From the human T2T-CHM13v2.0 reference genome, Homo sapiens, in the NCBI RefSeq assembly GCF_009914755.1, contig NC_060929.1: a stretch of DNA of 64,000 nucleotides. One strand, given 5' to 3'. Position numbers and translations under genes: made by a program. The first letter of the stretch is position 1. Each line of letters opens with the position of its first letter. Below are positions 1 to 33,934 of this stretch, piece after piece. The notes under the pieces are model-generated. The model did no database searches. It was not told the origin of the DNA and saw only the letters and a list, made by a program, of their open reading frames with translations.

Positions 1-533
1 CTTTTTCAATACAAAATGAAACCTTATTTAAAAACCAAAAAGGGGAGGAATGGCCAGTATAGCCTTTTATTTGGCATTATTCTGCAAATAAGAAGTTTCC
101 GGCCAGGTGTGGTGGCTCATGCTTGTAATCCCAGCACTTTGGGAGGCCAAGGCAGGCAGATCACCTGAGGTCGGGAGTTCCAGACCAGCCTGACCAACAT
201 GGGGAAACCCAGTCTCTACTAAAAATACTAAAATTAGCTGGGCGTGGTGGCCAGTGCCTATAATCCCAGCTACTCAGGAGGCTGAGGCAGGAGAATCACT
301 TGAATCCAGGAGGCCGAGGTTGTGGTGAGCCAAAACCTTGCTGTTGCACTCCACCGTGGGCAGCAAGAGCAAAACTCCATCTCAAAAAAAAAGTTTCCTC
401 TGTTTCAGCAAATAAAAGAAAAAGTTCCTAAAATTATTTCTAAGTTTTTAATATTTTAATATTGTATCATTTTGTTTAAGAAGTTACATCTGTTTTAACA
501 AAGTGAATGTTCTGTCTCTAACTTCATGTTCTA

Positions 534-668
<135 letters not shown>

Positions 669-687
669 TCACAAGGTCAGGAGTTCA

Positions 688-918
<231 letters not shown>

Positions 919-1544
919 TCAAAGCAAAATATGATTGTTTTACTAGCATGCAAGATTTTAACAAAGGATTTAGGCCAGGCACGGTGGCTCATGCCTGTAA
1001 TCTCAGCACTTTGGGAGGCCACAGCAGGTGAATCATCTGAGGTCAGGAGTTCGAGACCAGCCTGGCCAACATTGCGAAATTCTGTGTCTACTAAAATACA
1101 AAAATTAGCTGGGCACAGTGGTGTGCATCTATAATCCCAGCTATTTGGGAGGCTGAGACAGGAGAACTGCTTGAACCCGGGAGGCAGACGTTGCAGTGAG
1201 CCAAGATTGTGCCATTTACAGTCCAGCCTGGGCAACAGAGCAAGACTCTGTCTCAAAAAAAAATAAAGATTTAATGTATATTGTTAGAGTAGCAATACTT
1301 AGTAACTGAGTACTGTTTTTAAGTTAGGTTTTTGAAGGTAAAATTTACATATCATAAAATTCATCCTTGGCTGGGCGTGGTGGCTCATCCCTGTAATCCC
1401 AGCACTTTGGGAGGCAGAGGTGGGCAGATCACTTGAGGTCAGGAGTTTCAGACCAGCCTGGACAACATGGTGAAACCCATTCTCTACTAAAAATACAAAA
1501 ATTAGCCAGGCATGGTGGCGCACACCTGTGATCCCAGCTACTCA

Positions 1545-1682
<138 letters not shown>

Positions 1683-2374
1683 TTATGAGTTCTGACAAAT
1701 GCATACAGTTGTGTAACTACCACCACAGTCAAGATATAGAACATTTCAATCACCACAAAATATTCCCTCTTGCCCCTTCGTAATGAACCCTTCATTTCAA
1801 CCCCAGTTCCTGGAAAACATAGATCTACTTTTTGTCCTTATACCATTACCTTTTCCAGAATATCAAACAAATGGAATCATGCAGTATATAGCCTTTCAAG
1901 TCTGGCTTCTTTCACTTGGTATAATGCTTGTGAAATTTATCCATTGTTGTTTTCATGTATCAGTACTTTCTTTTTTTTTTTAATCACTGAATAGTATTCC
2001 ATTGTGTGGATATAACATAGCTTGTTTAGCCATTAATCAGTTGAAGAACATTTGGGTTGTTTCCATTAACAAAAAACAATTAGAAGTCATTGTAGAAGTC
2101 CAAAAATAAAATAAAATAAAAATTATGAATAAAGCTACTATAAATATCCATGTACAAGGTTTCATTTGGGCCTTAAATGATCTCCACCAATATTTTCTGA
2201 AAATCACATCTAGATATAGGAACTACCAAGTCACAACTACAGCTACGTAAACATTATTCCATATTATTTTAGAAACTCAGATAATTTATTCATTATTTAT
2301 CAAATATTTATTAAACATCTACTATATAGCAGGTATTGTTCTAAGCACATGGATAAGACAATTGTCAGATACTA

Positions 2375-2658
<284 letters not shown>

Positions 2659-3128
2659 TCAGTAACATCTTTAAGGGGGAAAGCAAAGTTGGAATATTTA
2701 TAAGGTTTGGGGATCTGATTTAAGAGAGTTTTTCAATTCAAGGGGCTTGATTACAACTGGGTAAGAATCATGATACATTGGGATTTGTGGACATAGTAAG
2801 GAAAGGTTTTTTTTGAGACAGAGTTCTGCTCTTGTCACCCAGGCTGGAGTGCAGTGGCGAGATCTCTCGGCTCACTGCAACCTCCGCCTCCCAGGTTCAA
2901 GTGATTCTCTGGCCTCAGCATCCTGAGTAGCTGGGATTACAGGCGCCCACCACCACGCCCAGCTAATTTTTGTATTTTTAGTAGAGACGGGGTTTCGCCA
3001 TGTTGGCCAGACTGGTCTCAAACTCCTGACCTCGGGTAATCCACCTACCTCAGCCTCCCAAAGTGCTGGGATTATAGGCGTGAACCACCGCACCCGGCCA
3101 GAAAAGGGTTTTAAAGAGTCTGGGATAG

Positions 3129-4763
<1,635 letters not shown>

Positions 4764-4826
4764 GAGCATAAAGTCACTTGAAGTCATCTATTGAAAAGCT
4801 GAGCAGTTAGATGTTCTTTTAAACAT

Positions 4827-11000
<6,174 letters not shown>

Positions 11001-11430
11001 ATACAGATGAAAAACAAGAAAAGTCTCCAGAAATAAACACCTCTCATTTATAAGTAGTTGATATTGAACAAGAATTCTTTTTTTTTTTTTTCGGAGACAG
11101 AGTCTTGCTCTGTCACCCAGGCTAGAATGCAATGGTGTGATCTTGGCTCACTGCAACCTCCGCCTCCCATGTTCAAGCGATTATCCTGCCTCAGCTTCCT
11201 GAGTAGCTGTGATTACAGGTGCCTGCCACCACACCTGGCTAATTTTTGTATTTTTAGTAGCAACAGGGTTTCACCATGTTGGCCAGGCTGGTCTCGAACT
11301 CCTGACCTCAGGTAGTCTACCTGCCTTGGCCTCCCAAAGTGTTCAGATTACAGCATGAGACACCTCGCCCGGCCCAATGTTCAACAAAATTTCTAAGACA
11401 ATTTAATCCAATCGCCACTGCACCCAATGA

Positions 11431-11607
<177 letters not shown>

Positions 11608-11789
11608 TAATTTTTTGTATTTTTAGTAGAGACGGGGTTTCACCGTGTTAGCCAGGATGGTCTCAATCTCCTCACCTTGTGATCCACCCACCTTGGCCTC
11701 CCAAAGTGCTGGGATTACAGGCGTGAGCCACCACGCCCGGCCCCTGACAATCCAGTTTTTAAAAAATGGTCGCTGGGCACAGTGGCTCA

Positions 11790-12110
<321 letters not shown>

Positions 12111-13049
12111 TCAAAGGGGCCAGGCGCAGTGGCTCACACCTGTGATCCCAGCTCTTTGGGAAGCCGAGGCCAGTGGATCACGAGGTCAGGAGTTCGAGAC
12201 CAGCCTGGCCAACACAGTGAAACCCCATCTCTACTAAAAATACAAAAATTAGCCAGGTGTGGTGTTACGCCTGCAGTCCCAGCTACTCAGGAGGCTGAGG
12301 CAGGGAAATCACTTGAACCCAGGCAGTGGAGGTTGCAGTGAGCCAAGACTGTGCCATTACACTCCAGCCTGGCTGACAGAGCGAGACTCCATCTCAAAAA
12401 AAAAAAAAAAAAAAAAGGTCAAAGGGCCACAGCACTTTGAGAGCTGAGGTGGGTGGATCACCTGAGGTCAGGAGTTCAAGACCAGCCTGGCCAACATGGT
12501 GAAACCCGTCTCTACTAAAAATACACAAATTAGCTAGGCGTGGTGGTGCACGCCTGTCATCCCAGCTACTTGGGAGGCTGAAGCAGGAATTCGCTTGAAC
12601 CCAGGACATGGAGGTTGCAGTAAGCTGAGATCACGCCACTGCACTCCAGCCTGGGCGACAGAGCAGGACTCCATCTCAAAAAATAAAAATGAAAATAAAT
12701 AAAAAATGGCCAGAGGATCTCAAAAGACATCTTTCTTTTCTTTCTTCTTTTTTTTTTCTTTTCAGACAGAGTCTTCTCACTCTGTTACCCAGGATGCAGT
12801 ACAAGTGGCATGATCTTGGCTCACCGCAGCCTCCATCTCCTAGCTTCAAGTGATTCTTGTGCCTCAGCCTCCAGAGTAGCTGTGACTACAGGCGTGCACC
12901 ACCACGACCGGCTAATTTTTACATTTTTAGTAGAGATGGAGTTTCACCATGTTGGCCAGGCTGGTCTCAAACTCCTGACCTCAAGTGATCCTCTCGCCTT
13001 GGCCTCCTAAACTGCTGGGATTACAGGGGTGAGCCACGGTGTCTGGCCC

Positions 13050-15179
<2,130 letters not shown>

Positions 15180-15492
15180 TTATGACCTCACCTCTGAAGT
15201 CACACACTGTTATTCTTGTACTATTCTATTGGTCACATAGGTTATCTCTGATTCCATATGGAAAGGGACTATATAAGGTCATAAGTAACTGGAAATTATT
15301 ATCATTGGGAACCATCTTAAAGGCTGGTTATCACAATCCAAACCATAATTTTAAGCAATTTACACAGGAAAAAAATGTTAATGAACACTAAAGTCTGATT
15401 TTTAAAATATTGACTCAATTTTATTTCCAGTTCGTATCTATATGTATACCCTACATATACATTGCTCACTGTTTGAAGTTTATTCCCTTTAG

Positions 15493-16115
<623 letters not shown>

Positions 16116-16137
16116 TGAGCCACAGTACCTGGCCTTG

Positions 16138-17742
16138 TTTTTTTTTTTTTTTTTTTTTATTGATCATTCTTGGGTGTTTCTCGGAGAGGGGGATTTGGCA
16201 GGGTCATGGGACAATAGTGGAGGGAAGGTCAGCAGATAAACAAGTGAACAAAGGTCTCTGGTTTTCCTAGGCAGAGGACCCTGCGGCCTTCCGCAGTGTT
16301 TGTGTCCCTGGGTACTTGAGATTAGGGAGTGGTGATGACTCTTAAGGAGCATGCTGCCTTCAAGCATCTGTTTAACAAAGCACATCTTGGACCGCCCTTA
16401 ATCCATTTAACCCTGAGTGGACACAGCACATGTTTCAGAGAGCACAGGGTTGGGGGTAAGGTCATAGATCAACAGGATCCCAAGGCAGAAGAATTTTTCT
16501 TAGTGCAGAACAAAATGAAAAGTCTCCCATGTCTACTTCTTGCTACACAGACACAGCAACCATCCGATTTCTCAATCTTTTCCCCACCTTTCCCCCTTTT
16601 CTATTCCACAAAACCGCCATTGTCATCATGGCCCGTTCTCAATGAGCTGTTGGGTACACTTCCCAGACGGGGTGGTGGCCGGGCAGAGGGGCTCCTCACT
16701 TCCCAGTAGGGGCGGCCGGGCAGAGGCGCCCCTCACCTCCCAGACAGGGCGGCTGGCCGGGCGGGGGGGCTGACCCCCCCACCTCCCTCTCGGAAGGGGC
16801 GGCTGGCCTGGCGGGGGCTGACCCCCACCTCCCTCCTGGACGGGGTGGCTGCCGGGCTGAGACGCTCCTCACTTCCCAGACGGGGTGGCTGCCCGGCGGA
16901 GGGGCTCCTCACTTCTCAGACAGGGCGGCTGCCGGGCGGAGGGGCTCCTCACTTCTCAGACGGGGCGGCCGGGCAGAGGCGCTCCTCACCTCCCAGACGG
17001 GGTCGCAGCCAGGCAGAGGCGCTCCTCACATCCCAGACGGGGCGGCGGGGCAGAGGCGCTCTCCACATCTCAGACAATGGGCGGCCGGGCAGAGACGCTC
17101 CTCACTTCCTAGATGGGATGGCGGCCGGGAAGAGGCGCTCCTCACTTCCTAGATGGGATGGCGGGCGGGCAGAGACGCTCCTCACTTTCCAGACTGGGCA
17201 GCCAGGCAGAGGGGCTCCTCACATCCCAGACGATGGGCGGCCAGGCAGAGACGCTCCTCACTTCCCAGATGGGGTGGCAGCCGGGCAGAGGCTGCAATCT
17301 CGGCACTTTGGGAGGCCAAGGCAGGCGGCTGGGAGGTGGAGGTTGTAGCGAGCCGAGATCACGCCACTGCACTCCAGCCTGGGCACCATTGAGCACTGAG
17401 TGAACGAGACTCTGTCTGCAATCCCGGCACCTCGGGAGGCCGAGGCTGGCGGACCACTCGCGGTTAGGAGCTGGAGACCAGCCCGGCCAACACAGCAAAA
17501 CTCCATCTCCACCAAAAAAATACGAAAACCAGTCAGGCGTGGCGGCGCGCGCCTGCAATCGCAGGCACTGGGCAGGCTGAGGCAGGAGAATCAGGCAGGG
17601 AGGGTGCAGTGAGCCGAGATGGCAGCAGTACAGTCCAGCTTCGGCTCAGCATCAGAGGGAGACCGTGGAAAGAGAGGGAGAGGGAGACCGTGGGGGGGGG
17701 GGGGGGGAGAGGGGGAGGGGAAGAGGGAGCGGGAGAGGGACG
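16138..17742 (-). mobile_element. Full-length SVA retrotransposon (C/D-like, subfamily not resolved)
   Basis: poly-T 16138-58; SINE-R ~16160-16660; GC-rich VNTR ~16660-17290; Alu-like domain ~17290-17670; degenerate (AGAGGG)n head ~17670-17740. Confidence 0.95.
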
Positions 17743-18009
17743 TTTTTTAAGACAGAGTCTCACGCTGTCACCCAGGCTGGTGTGCAGTGGCACAATCTCC
17801 ACTCACTGCCACTTTAACCTCCTGGGCTCAAGGAATCCTCCCACCTCAGCCTCCAGAGTAGCTGGGACTACAGGCATGCGCCACCATATCTGGCTAATTT
17901 TTGCATTTTTTGTAGAGATGGGGTTTCTTTCACCTTTTTGCCCAGACTGGGCAAAATCTCAGCCTCCCAAAGTGCCGGGATTATATGCGTGAGCCATGGC
18001 GCCCACCCC

Positions 18010-22270
<4,261 letters not shown>

Positions 22271-22300
22271 CTGTTTGTGCCTATCTATTTATTTATTTGA

Positions 22301-22516
<216 letters not shown>

Positions 22517-23431
22517 TGATCCGCCCACCTCGGCTTCCCAAAGTGCTGGGATTACAGGCATGAGCCACTGCTCCTGGCCAAAAATACAAACTATTTTATA
22601 GTTGAAGAATTTGCGGGGCGCAGTGGCTGACGCCTGTAATCCCAGCACTTTGGGAGCCCGAGGCCGGTGGATCACGAGGTCAGGAGTTCAAGACCAACCT
22701 GGCCAAGATGGTGAAACCCCATCTCTACTAAAAATACAAAAAATTAGCCTGGCGTAGTGGCACGCGCCTGTAATCCCAGCTACTCCGGAGGCTGAGGCAG
22801 AGAATTGCTTAAACCTAGAGGGGCGGAGGTTGCAGTGAGCCGAGATCGTGCCACTGCACTCCAGCCTGGGAGACAGAGTGCGACTCCGTCTCAAAAAAAA
22901 AAAAAAAAAAAAAAGAAAAAAAGAATTTATGTCTGTAGTTGTCTGAGGATTGGTTAGGGGTAGAGTAAGCAGGGATGAATGAGTAGAAAAGATTACAAAG
23001 GGGCACAAGGAAGCTCTTGGGGGCAATGGTTATGGTTAATTACCTTCCTTGTGGTGATGATTTCATGAAAGTATATATATGTCAAAAATTATTGAATTGT
23101 ACTATTTAATAATGTGCAGATTATTGTTAAGGTTGTAGGAAATAATTGGGAAGTAATGAAAGAAAAAATTGATCTACAGCCCTGGCAACATGGTAAAACC
23201 CGTCTCTATCAAAAAAATACAAAAAAAATTAGCCAGGCATGGTGGTGCCCACCTGTAATCCTAGCTACTCGGGAGGCTGAGGTGGGAGAATCGTTTGAAC
23301 CCAGAGGCAGAGGTTGCAGTGAGCTGAGATCATGTCACTGCATTCTAGCCTGGGCGACAGAGTGAGACCCTGTCTCAAAAAAAAAAAATTGATATATAAT
23401 CTTACTACCCAAACATGAGAATTGTTAGTAA

Positions 23432-23926
<495 letters not shown>

Positions 23927-24624
23927 TGAGTAGCTGGGATTACAGGTGCCCGCCACTATGCCCAGCTAAATTTTGTATTTTTTGTAGAGATGGGGTTTCA
24001 CCATGATGGACAGGCTGGTTTTTAAAAAATTGTAATATTTTATTGTGTTAATAAAAATAGTTTGACATTTCTCACATTGCTAAGGTCAGTTTATATTTGT
24101 CATATAGTAGCCACTATTATTGCAATTTTACTGAAATGTGTATTTTTATTTTAATATTCACCCAGTCATCCAAACAACAGAACTTGAAACTTTTCCAGTA
24201 TATCTCTCTCACTACCATAATCAACTAATCACAAAATTCTGTCATTTCTACCTTCTCGTCTCTCATATCTGTTACCTCCTTTCTGGTCTCATTGTTAATG
24301 TATTAGGTTAGACCCTCATTTCTCTTCTGGACAATTACAATAATGTGTCCCATTTTCTTTTCTTATTGCTAAAGACATAAAGCCAGGGAAGGTGAGGTGG
24401 CTCAGGCCTGTAAATCAGCACTTTGGGAGGCCAAGGCAGTAGGATCACTTGAGGCCAGGAATTTAAGGTGAGCCTGGGCAACATGGTGAGATCTTGTCTC
24501 TACAAAAAAGTTTTTAAAAAATTAGCTGGGGACCAGGCGCGGTGGCTCACGCCTGTAATCCCAGCACTTTGGAAGGCCCAGGTGGGTGGATCATGAGGTC
24601 AGGAGATCGAGACCATCCTGGCTA

Positions 24625-24975
<351 letters not shown>

Positions 24976-26416
24976 TCAAAATAATAGTAAGCCAATAAAT
25001 TTAATAAAATATGAAAAGACAATTTTCCTTGAATATTTAAATGTTGATTACAAGCTGATCAGCTATGTATTTTGTGATTGTTATACATATATGTTTACAA
25101 ATATATATAATGTGTATTTAAAATATTTCTTTCTTTTTTTTTTTTCTTTTTTTTGAGACGGGGTCTTACTCTGTCACCCAGGCTGGAGTGCACTAGCTCA
25201 ATCACAGCTCACTGCAGACTTGACTTCCCCAAGCTCAGGTGATCCTCCCACCTCAGTTTTTGTATTTTTGGTAGAGACGGGGTTTTGCCATGTTGCCCAA
25301 GTTGGTTTCGAACACCTGGGCTCAACCAATCTGTCCGCCTGGACCTCCCAAAGTGCAAAGATTACAGGAGTGAACCACCATGCCCAGCCTTCTGTATTTA
25401 TATATATATATTTACAAACACCATTAACATCAAGGGTTTTATTAATTTTATCTTTTTTTTTTTTTTTTTTGAGACGGAGTCTCGCTCTGTCACCCACACT
25501 GGAGTGCAATGGTGCGGTGTTGGCTCACTGCAACCTCCGCCTCCTGGCTTCAAGCGATTCTCCTGCCTCAGCCTCTCAAGTAGCTGAGATTACAGGCACC
25601 TGCCACCACACCCAGCTAATTTTTGTATTTTCAGTAGAGACGGGGTTTCACCATGTTGGCCAGGCTGGTCTCGAACTCCTGACCTCAGGTGATCCGCTCG
25701 TCTCGGCCTCCCAAAGTGCTGGGATTACAGGCATGAGCCACTGCGCCCAGTCTGGTAATATTATTTTGATGCTTTCTCAGGATTACATTAATATTACAGA
25801 CCCAAAAGAAAAGTAATACCATCTCACACAAACTGAGATGATAAAATCTGGGTCACAGATAATTTGATTCTTGGTTGAAGTATAGGGCTTGGCTGCTTCT
25901 TATAGAGTCATTTGATTGGTTTCTCTATTTCTAGTCTTGACACTCTTGACAAGCTTTTAAATGTTTCTTGAATGTAAGATTTTCCTGTCATCTTCCAAAT
26001 AAAATACAAATTCCGTAGCCTGACCTGTAGTACCCTTGATAATAAAACAATTATCACCGGCAGCCTCAACCCCGGCTAGTCTCCCATACAAACAGGCTTC
26101 CCACCAGGCCCAACAGCTCTTTCTCAGCCAAATCCACCTCCCCTGGAGGACTCTACCAAACTTCCAGCAATTGTTTAAGACTCTAGGCACTCTAGCAAGA
26201 CTTTTGCAGCACTTACATCTATAATTATTTATTAATAGCCTGTAAACCCTCAAGGGACAGGGCCAGGAACTTAATAACAGTTGTTAAAGTTTGCTTGAAT
26301 TAATAAGTTTTCTCTTCTGTCCACGGGCACAGTGACCCTTCAAGATTGCTAACTAGAGAGGATTTTTCCTCGTGCAGATGTCTCGTGGTTTTGGTTTACA
26401 TGTTTTGTGATCCTAG

Positions 26417-26710
<294 letters not shown>

Positions 26711-26807
26711 TAGCCAGGATGGTCTCGATCTCCTGACCTCGTGATCCACCCACCTCGGCCTCCCAAAGTGCTGGGATTACAGGCGTGAGCCACCGTGCCC
26801 AGCCTAT

Positions 26808-26847
<40 letters not shown>

Positions 26848-26862
26848 TTTTAGCTTAATTTT

Positions 26863-26961
26863 AGGCTAGCCAAATGAAACAATGGGAGTGGAGAAGGAAC
26901 AAAGAAATCTGTAACTGGTTGTGATCAATTAGTTGTAAACACCACTGGACTTGGACCAGCC
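26863..26961 (-). pseudogene. Y3 RNA (RNY3) retropseudogene
   Basis: Revcomp GGCTGGTCCAAGTCCAGTGGTGTTTACAACTAATTGATCACAACCAGTTACAGATTTCTTTGTTCCTTCTCCACTCCCATTGTTTCATTTGGCTAGCCT is hY3 with a few substitutions; A-rich tail; TSD tccc(c)tcRggactt at 26461 and 26962. Confidence 0.93.
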
Positions 26962-27288
26962 TCCCTCGGGACTTCTTAAGGAAGTGAATCAGTTTATCGA
27001 GTAGATAGCACAGTGTCCAAACACTAAAAAGTTACCCAGCAGTTCTATGATTTTTCATTCTTGATTTTGTCCACAATTTTTGTTAGAGAACTATCTGGAG
27101 CTGAAGATTTATAAATGAGGCCCAACATTACTCATTGTCTTTATTCCAAGTGGTTCTTAGCATATGGCAACTTGTATTGTTTCTTATTTAATTTTAAATT
27201 AGTCATGGGCTGGGCGCAGTGGCTCACGCCTGTAATCCTAGCACTTTGGGAGGCTAAGGTGGGTGGATCACTTGAAGTCAAGAGTTCA

Positions 27289-27507
<219 letters not shown>

Positions 27508-27537
27508 TTAATTAATTAATGGAGTACTCACTAATCA

Positions 27538-27810
<273 letters not shown>

Positions 27811-28169
27811 CTATCTCCAAAAAAAACAAAAACAAAACAAAACAAAAACATAGATGTTCACTACTGTTCACTTGCAAAATTTCATGATAAAAAAAATAAA
27901 CCCACTAAGACAGCATGAACAGGAGAGGAGTGCATAGGGGTGCATCTCCTTACATAAACTTTCTACCAGTCTGCTTTCAAGCCCTCCTTGTGCCTTGGCT
28001 GGCAGAAGTCTGTGGTGCCATCAAGTTTGGAAGCTTTTCAGAGTCTGTGGCTTGCTTCCTGTTGTCTTTTACTCACTGTGGGCTTGGGCTTTGGCTTTCT
28101 TTGGTTATTCAAGTCAACATCTGCTTTTCAGCTTCTAGTATAGTTGTCATTTCTCATCTGTTACATCTC

Positions 28170-28692
<523 letters not shown>

Positions 28693-29255
28693 TAGTACTT
28701 TCCAAAGAAGAGTTCTGTTAATGTTTGTGGTTATTACTGATTAGCTTGAATAGCAGACACAAATGCCCTGGGGGGTACACAAAAAACTTTCAAGAACATT
28801 GAAGTTATTAAAGCGATTCTCCTGCCTCAGCCTCCTGAGTAGCTGGGATTATAGGCATGCGCCACCGTGCCTGGCTAATTTTTGTATTTTCAGTAGAGAT
28901 GGGGTTTCACCATGTTGGTCAGGCTGGTCTTGAACTCCTGACCTCATGATCTGCCTGCCTTGGCCTCCCAAAGTGCTGGGATTACAGGCGTGAGCCACTG
29001 TGCCCAGGGGTGCCTGGCTAATTTTTGTGTTTTTTGTAAAGATGCGGTTTCACCATGTTGGTCAGCCTCGAACTCCTGAGCTCAAGCAATCCGCCTGCTT
29101 TGGCCTCCCAAAATGCTGGGATAACAGCCGTTAGCCACCGCGCTCAGCCTGGAACCACCTTAATCAAGTGATCAAGGTCAACATTGCCAGTAATAAATAA
29201 GACACATGAACATTATGAATCTCATGATATGATTGAGGACATTCCATTTCCGTAA

Positions 29256-29656
<401 letters not shown>

Positions 29657-30248
29657 TGAAAGACAAGGTAACACTGAAGTATTGAGACTGTAGTAAAGGT
29701 AGAACTAAAAGTATTTCTGGGTAGTATTCTGGAATATAAAAAGGATATTAGTGGGAAAATGAGCAAAATATGAATAAGGTTTTCAGTTTAATAGTATTTT
29801 ACTATGCTATAATAGGATGTCTTTAAAAAATAGTATTTTACTAGATGTTAAATTTCTTGGTTCTGGCAATTGTGACATGGTTATGTAAGACGTTAACACT
29901 ATGGGAAGCTAGATGAGGTTTATAAGGAAATTGTACTATTTTTGCAACTTTTCTATAAATCTACAGTTCAAAATTTAAAAAGAATAAATATGGCTAAGAA
30001 TATGAAACACCCTCTCTGCACTTTTTCCACTTCCAGCGTTAACTTATGGCTAATGCTGTATTTTCATTCTAGGGTAAAATTGCTATATAAAGTCTATTAA
30101 TATAAACAAAATGTGTGTGGAATGAAAACCTATGATCTAACGACTCCTTTTGATATGAATGTGGTTAAGTAACATACTCACTACATTTGCCAGGGACTCA
30201 ACTTCCAGAGTCCTGCCTTTAGGCAGGACTAAAAATAAAACTCTCTAG

Positions 30249-30500
<252 letters not shown>

Positions 30501-30754
30501 TGATTCTCCCGTCTTGGCTTCCCAAAATGTTGGGATTACAGGCATGAGCCACTGTGACCAGCCTGATTCTGTCATTTTGAATGAAATGTGTGACTAGAAG
30601 AACTGAGTTCCTGCTCTCTGTACCTCTGCAGTCATACTTTTAACAGCCATAATAGTAAAACTTTAAAATTGGAATTTGTTCAAATGTCTTTACACCTCAA
30701 ATGGAATAACTGACATTAAATAAAACACTAAAGAGATAACAGAAGTTTAAGCTT

Positions 30755-32343
30755 GTGAGCACAAATTGTGAGTTTTATTTAACTGCAAGTGATGCAACCT
30801 ATGTAACACATTCTTTTCTCATCCGTGTTCTTTAACTGCTAATATTACCTTTACAGAGACAAACATTATAAAATGTGCCTGATTGGTAATTTATTAACTC
30901 TATCTGTCAAGTGATAATATTCTGTAGGCAGCCTTTGAAATGATGTTTTGAGAATTTATTTACAACCATTGAACACAGATGGTTTTGTAAAACTGACAAT
31001 TACAGGCTCCTTAAACTCACAACATACATATATTTCAATATTTAAATAGCCTGTTTTCTTCAAAAGTAATTTTCTACTGCTTTTTCATAAAAATATAAAA
31101 AAGACAACATTTATAGTTTTAAAAACCTATATTTAACCCAAATCAAATTTTTTCTACAAATGATACCTCTTTCCAAAAAGTTAAAAAGACATCACAGAAT
31201 ACTGTGATGTTAAACCAAAGACTCATCACAATAACAGCATTTTACTTTTAAGAAATATTGTGCAGTATCTCCTTTTTAACCTTTCATGCTAGATTTCAAC
31301 TATGTATATCCTATGTAAACACACCAGATTAATCCTAGTCATTCATATATATGCAGTAGACTGTCATATATGACCAGTTACCATACAAACTATAATACCA
31401 TATTTTCAAAAATAGCAAAAAGCAATCTTTATGAAAGCTTAAAAAAAGCTTTTAATAAAAGGCGACCAACATTGCCCTAATTTTCAGTAAAAATTACCTC
31501 TTCTTCCTACCTTTCCCCCTGCTTTGAATGGTACCTTTTATTGCATGTTAATACACAAAGATATTTCTAGCACTTCTATTTAAGTTAGCCTCTTACATGG
31601 CTGCTTTCTTTTCTGATACACTGACTTTTAACAGAAGGCACCAAGATTAGACTCCTAAGAAGTTTCAATTTTTTTGTCCCTTTTTAGGTTCCTCTAGAAT
31701 AATTTTCCTCAGAAAAGGATAACTTGAAAAACTTAAGGAACCAGAAGAAAATGAATGACGTAACACAGCAATTTGAAACTTACAGCATTCAAAAACTATA
31801 AATATATTAATAGGCTCCTTGAACATACCACTTAGGACAAAAAGTCAGATAACTTTCTGAACATAAATGTAAAAATAGAGCACATTTATTAATAGTAGGA
31901 AAACTCCTAAGCTTACAGTAACAACATATTAAATCTTACATAACATACAGCCAAAAGCATTAGAAATCCACTGCCAGATATCCTGACGCACCATCCTGAA
32001 AATATGTCTGATACATACCACTAACATATATAACAAAGTATGGCATTTATTTCACAGAGAGAAAAGATAGTTTCATCACACAAACAGATTTGCAGATTTC
32101 AGCTTTAAGTTCTAGAGATATATTTTAAAGATAAAAAAAACAAGATTCACCCTTCAAATAAAAGTCTCTCTCTATAAGCCATTATTAATATTCTCTATGC
32201 TCTTACAATGTAAAACATTTAGAAACTTTTGAATTCTAGAAATGTTCACCAGTTAACCTACTTGGCCTTAACATATTCTAAATTCCCTTTCAAGAATCAC
32301 ATCAATGTTTTCAGTCCATCAGTCCAATATGAATGGAGCAACT
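30755..32343 (-). other. ZCCHC10: ZCCHC10 3'UTR (AT-rich, Alu-free)
   Basis: Unique AT-rich sequence after the stop codon with minus-strand AATAAA at 32046-51, 31885-90, 31537-42, 30955-60, 30890-95 and 30774-79. Confidence 0.8.
30774..30779 (-). terminator. Probable distal polyadenylation signal AATAAA
   Basis: tttatt on the + strand; a U/GU-rich stretch follows on the minus strand (revcomp of ~30715-30745). Confidence 0.6.
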
Positions 32344-32964
<621 letters not shown>

Positions 32965-33479
32965 TGAGCCACCGCGCCCAGCCAAAAGCGATTTCATATG
33001 ATTCCATATATATGCTTATATATTGAAGCTTTGCTAGCATGTTATCCTTAGGTTTGATATTTTGGAGATTGCCTGTTGTAAACCACAGTCCCTCTCTTTA
33101 CAAGGCATTGTTACTTCAGCAACTTAATTCTCTTGGATGGAATTCAAGATAAGCATATCTACTATATTACATTTCAGAGGGAATAATGTCAGAATAAAGC
33201 TGCAGTATAACAATTGGGTCTATTTAAACCTCACGTAGCTTAGCTGGTGACTGTTTCATCATCTTTATTTTAACTACTTCAGACCAGATATGGCTGGCCA
33301 ACAATTTCTTACCAGTCTATTAACACTTCCTATTCTAAGCCAAGAGAAGACAATTATTTATTGTTTCCACGTACAAGGACTCTAGAAAGTTGGAGTAAAA
33401 GGAGAAATGGAAGCAATGCATTTCCAGACAGGTTAAAAAAAGGAACTTATCAGAAAATAGGATGATTATTTAATTATAA

Positions 33480-33866
<387 letters not shown>

Positions 33867-33892
33867 TAAAACACTGCTAAAACCACACATAC

Positions 33893-33934
33893 CTTTTTTT
33901 CTTGGCCTTTCTTTCTACATTGGTTTCTCCAATG
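33893..33934 (-). CDS. ZCCHC10: ZCCHC10 exon 4 (IGETNVERKAKKK), 42 nt
   Basis: tatcag| acceptor and AG|gtatgt donor; preserves frame. Confidence 0.93.

Noticed and set aside
16329-17992. GC-rich Arg/Gly ORFs and tandem ~35-45 bp units resembling a repeat-spacer array
   Set aside because: This is the SVA SINE-R/VNTR/Alu-like domain; no unique spacers, eukaryotic context, not CRISPR
25800-26300. Apparently unique stretch with a 98-aa ORF
   Set aside because: No recognisable protein; the 3' part resembles a decayed L2 end; no exon signals supported
26863-26961. Functional Y3 RNA gene
   Set aside because: A-rich tail, TSDs, stem substitutions and no evident upstream PSE/TATA indicate a retropseudogene
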